Assembly: GCA_048941065.1 (NCBI GenBank)
Contig: JBHLNY010000001.1
Coordinates: forward strand, 28 to 64,027
Direction of reading: 5' to 3'
Length of the DNA stretch: 64,000 nucleotides
Source of the DNA: Promethearchaeota archaeon
GTDB taxonomy: Archaea > Asgardarchaeota > Lokiarchaeia > Sigyniarchaeales > SOKP01
Below the pieces are notes generated by a model that was not told where the DNA came from, ran no database searches, and saw nothing but the letters and a program-made list of their open reading frames with translations. The position numbers were made by a program, and so were the translations under genes. Positions 63,803 through 64,000 of the stretch are shown one piece after another (position 1 is the first letter of the stretch; each line of letters opens with the position of its first letter).

Positions 63803-64000
63803 TTAATACTCAGTTCGAGCAATTATATCATCCTGAGCGGTTTTAGATAATTCACTGAAGAGGACAGGATAACCAGCAATTCTTACAACTAAACCAGGGT
63901 ATTTCTCAGGACTCTTTTGTGCATCACATAGTGTATCTTTACCAATTACGTTAAATTGAATATGATATCCACCATTTAATTGAAAAAATGTACGTATAAC
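63803..64000 (-). CDS. glycyl radical enzyme (pyruvate formate-lyase family), C-terminal fragment running off the window
   Basis: My own translation is ...GGYHIQFNVIGKDTLCDAQKSPEKYPGLVVRIAGYPVLFSELSKTAQDDIIARTEY*. It contains the glycyl-radical motif R-[IV]-x-G-Y and the typical C-terminal ..Q.DII.RT. Confidence 0.8.
   Translation of the reverse strand, partial: VIRTFFQLNGGYHIQFNVIGKDTLCDAQKSPEKYPGLVVRIAGYPVLFSELSKTAQDDIIARTEY

Noticed and set aside
1-64000. CRISPR arrays, IS elements/transposases, rRNA genes, toxin-antitoxin or defence islands
   Set aside because: I scanned the intergenic regions and ORF translations. There are no regularly spaced direct repeats, and no DDE/serine/tyrosine recombinase-like ORFs. 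I also found no rRNA-like GC-rich blocks and no recognisable defence-system ATPase/nuclease pairs.

Overview
This is a strongly AT-rich (composition judged by eye, not computed), densely coding archaeal chromosomal window. It shows no transposases, integrases, CRISPR arrays or prophage genes. The archaeal assignment rests on TFB, ribosomal proteins uL3/uL4/uL23/eL15, ABCE1, class I LysRS, archaeosine tRNA-guanine transglycosylase, RNase P proteins Pop5 and Rpp30, Orc1/Cdc6, SMC-ScpA-ScpB, an NFACT/Rqc2 homolog and intron-containing tRNAs. Several eukaryote-signature-type genes point to an Asgard (Lokiarchaeia-like) genome, which is an inference. They are a Rag/Gtr1-type GTPase with a C-terminal roadblock-like domain, a stand-alone Roadblock/LC7 protein, a V4R (bet3/TRAPP-related) protein, and two proteins whose N-termini look longin-like. 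Housekeeping genes are interleaved with orphan genes. The best candidate for an undescribed system is the divergent locus at 26.4-32.4 kb. It has two translationally coupled giant orphan proteins (768 aa with a longin-like N-terminus, then 732 aa), facing a coiled-coil protein and a Roadblock/LC7 gene. A longin-like plus winged-helix protein (49.1-50.2 kb) and the Rag-like GTPase (52.1-53.0 kb) may connect to it functionally. Other notable items: (1) an unusually long SMC (1484 aa) with no recognisable hinge, followed by a kleisin with an N-terminal SAP/HeH-like motif and preceded by an Orc1/Cdc6 paralog with degenerate ATPase motifs. (2) A bacterial-type Flp/Tad-like pilin gene, plus a distant type IV filament ATPase/platform module. 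(3) Two tRNAs with roughly 30-nt introns at non-canonical positions. (4) A candidate C/D box sRNA. (5) A small zinc-ribbon ORF missing from the ORF track. All functional calls come from motif recognition by eye, since no searches could be run.
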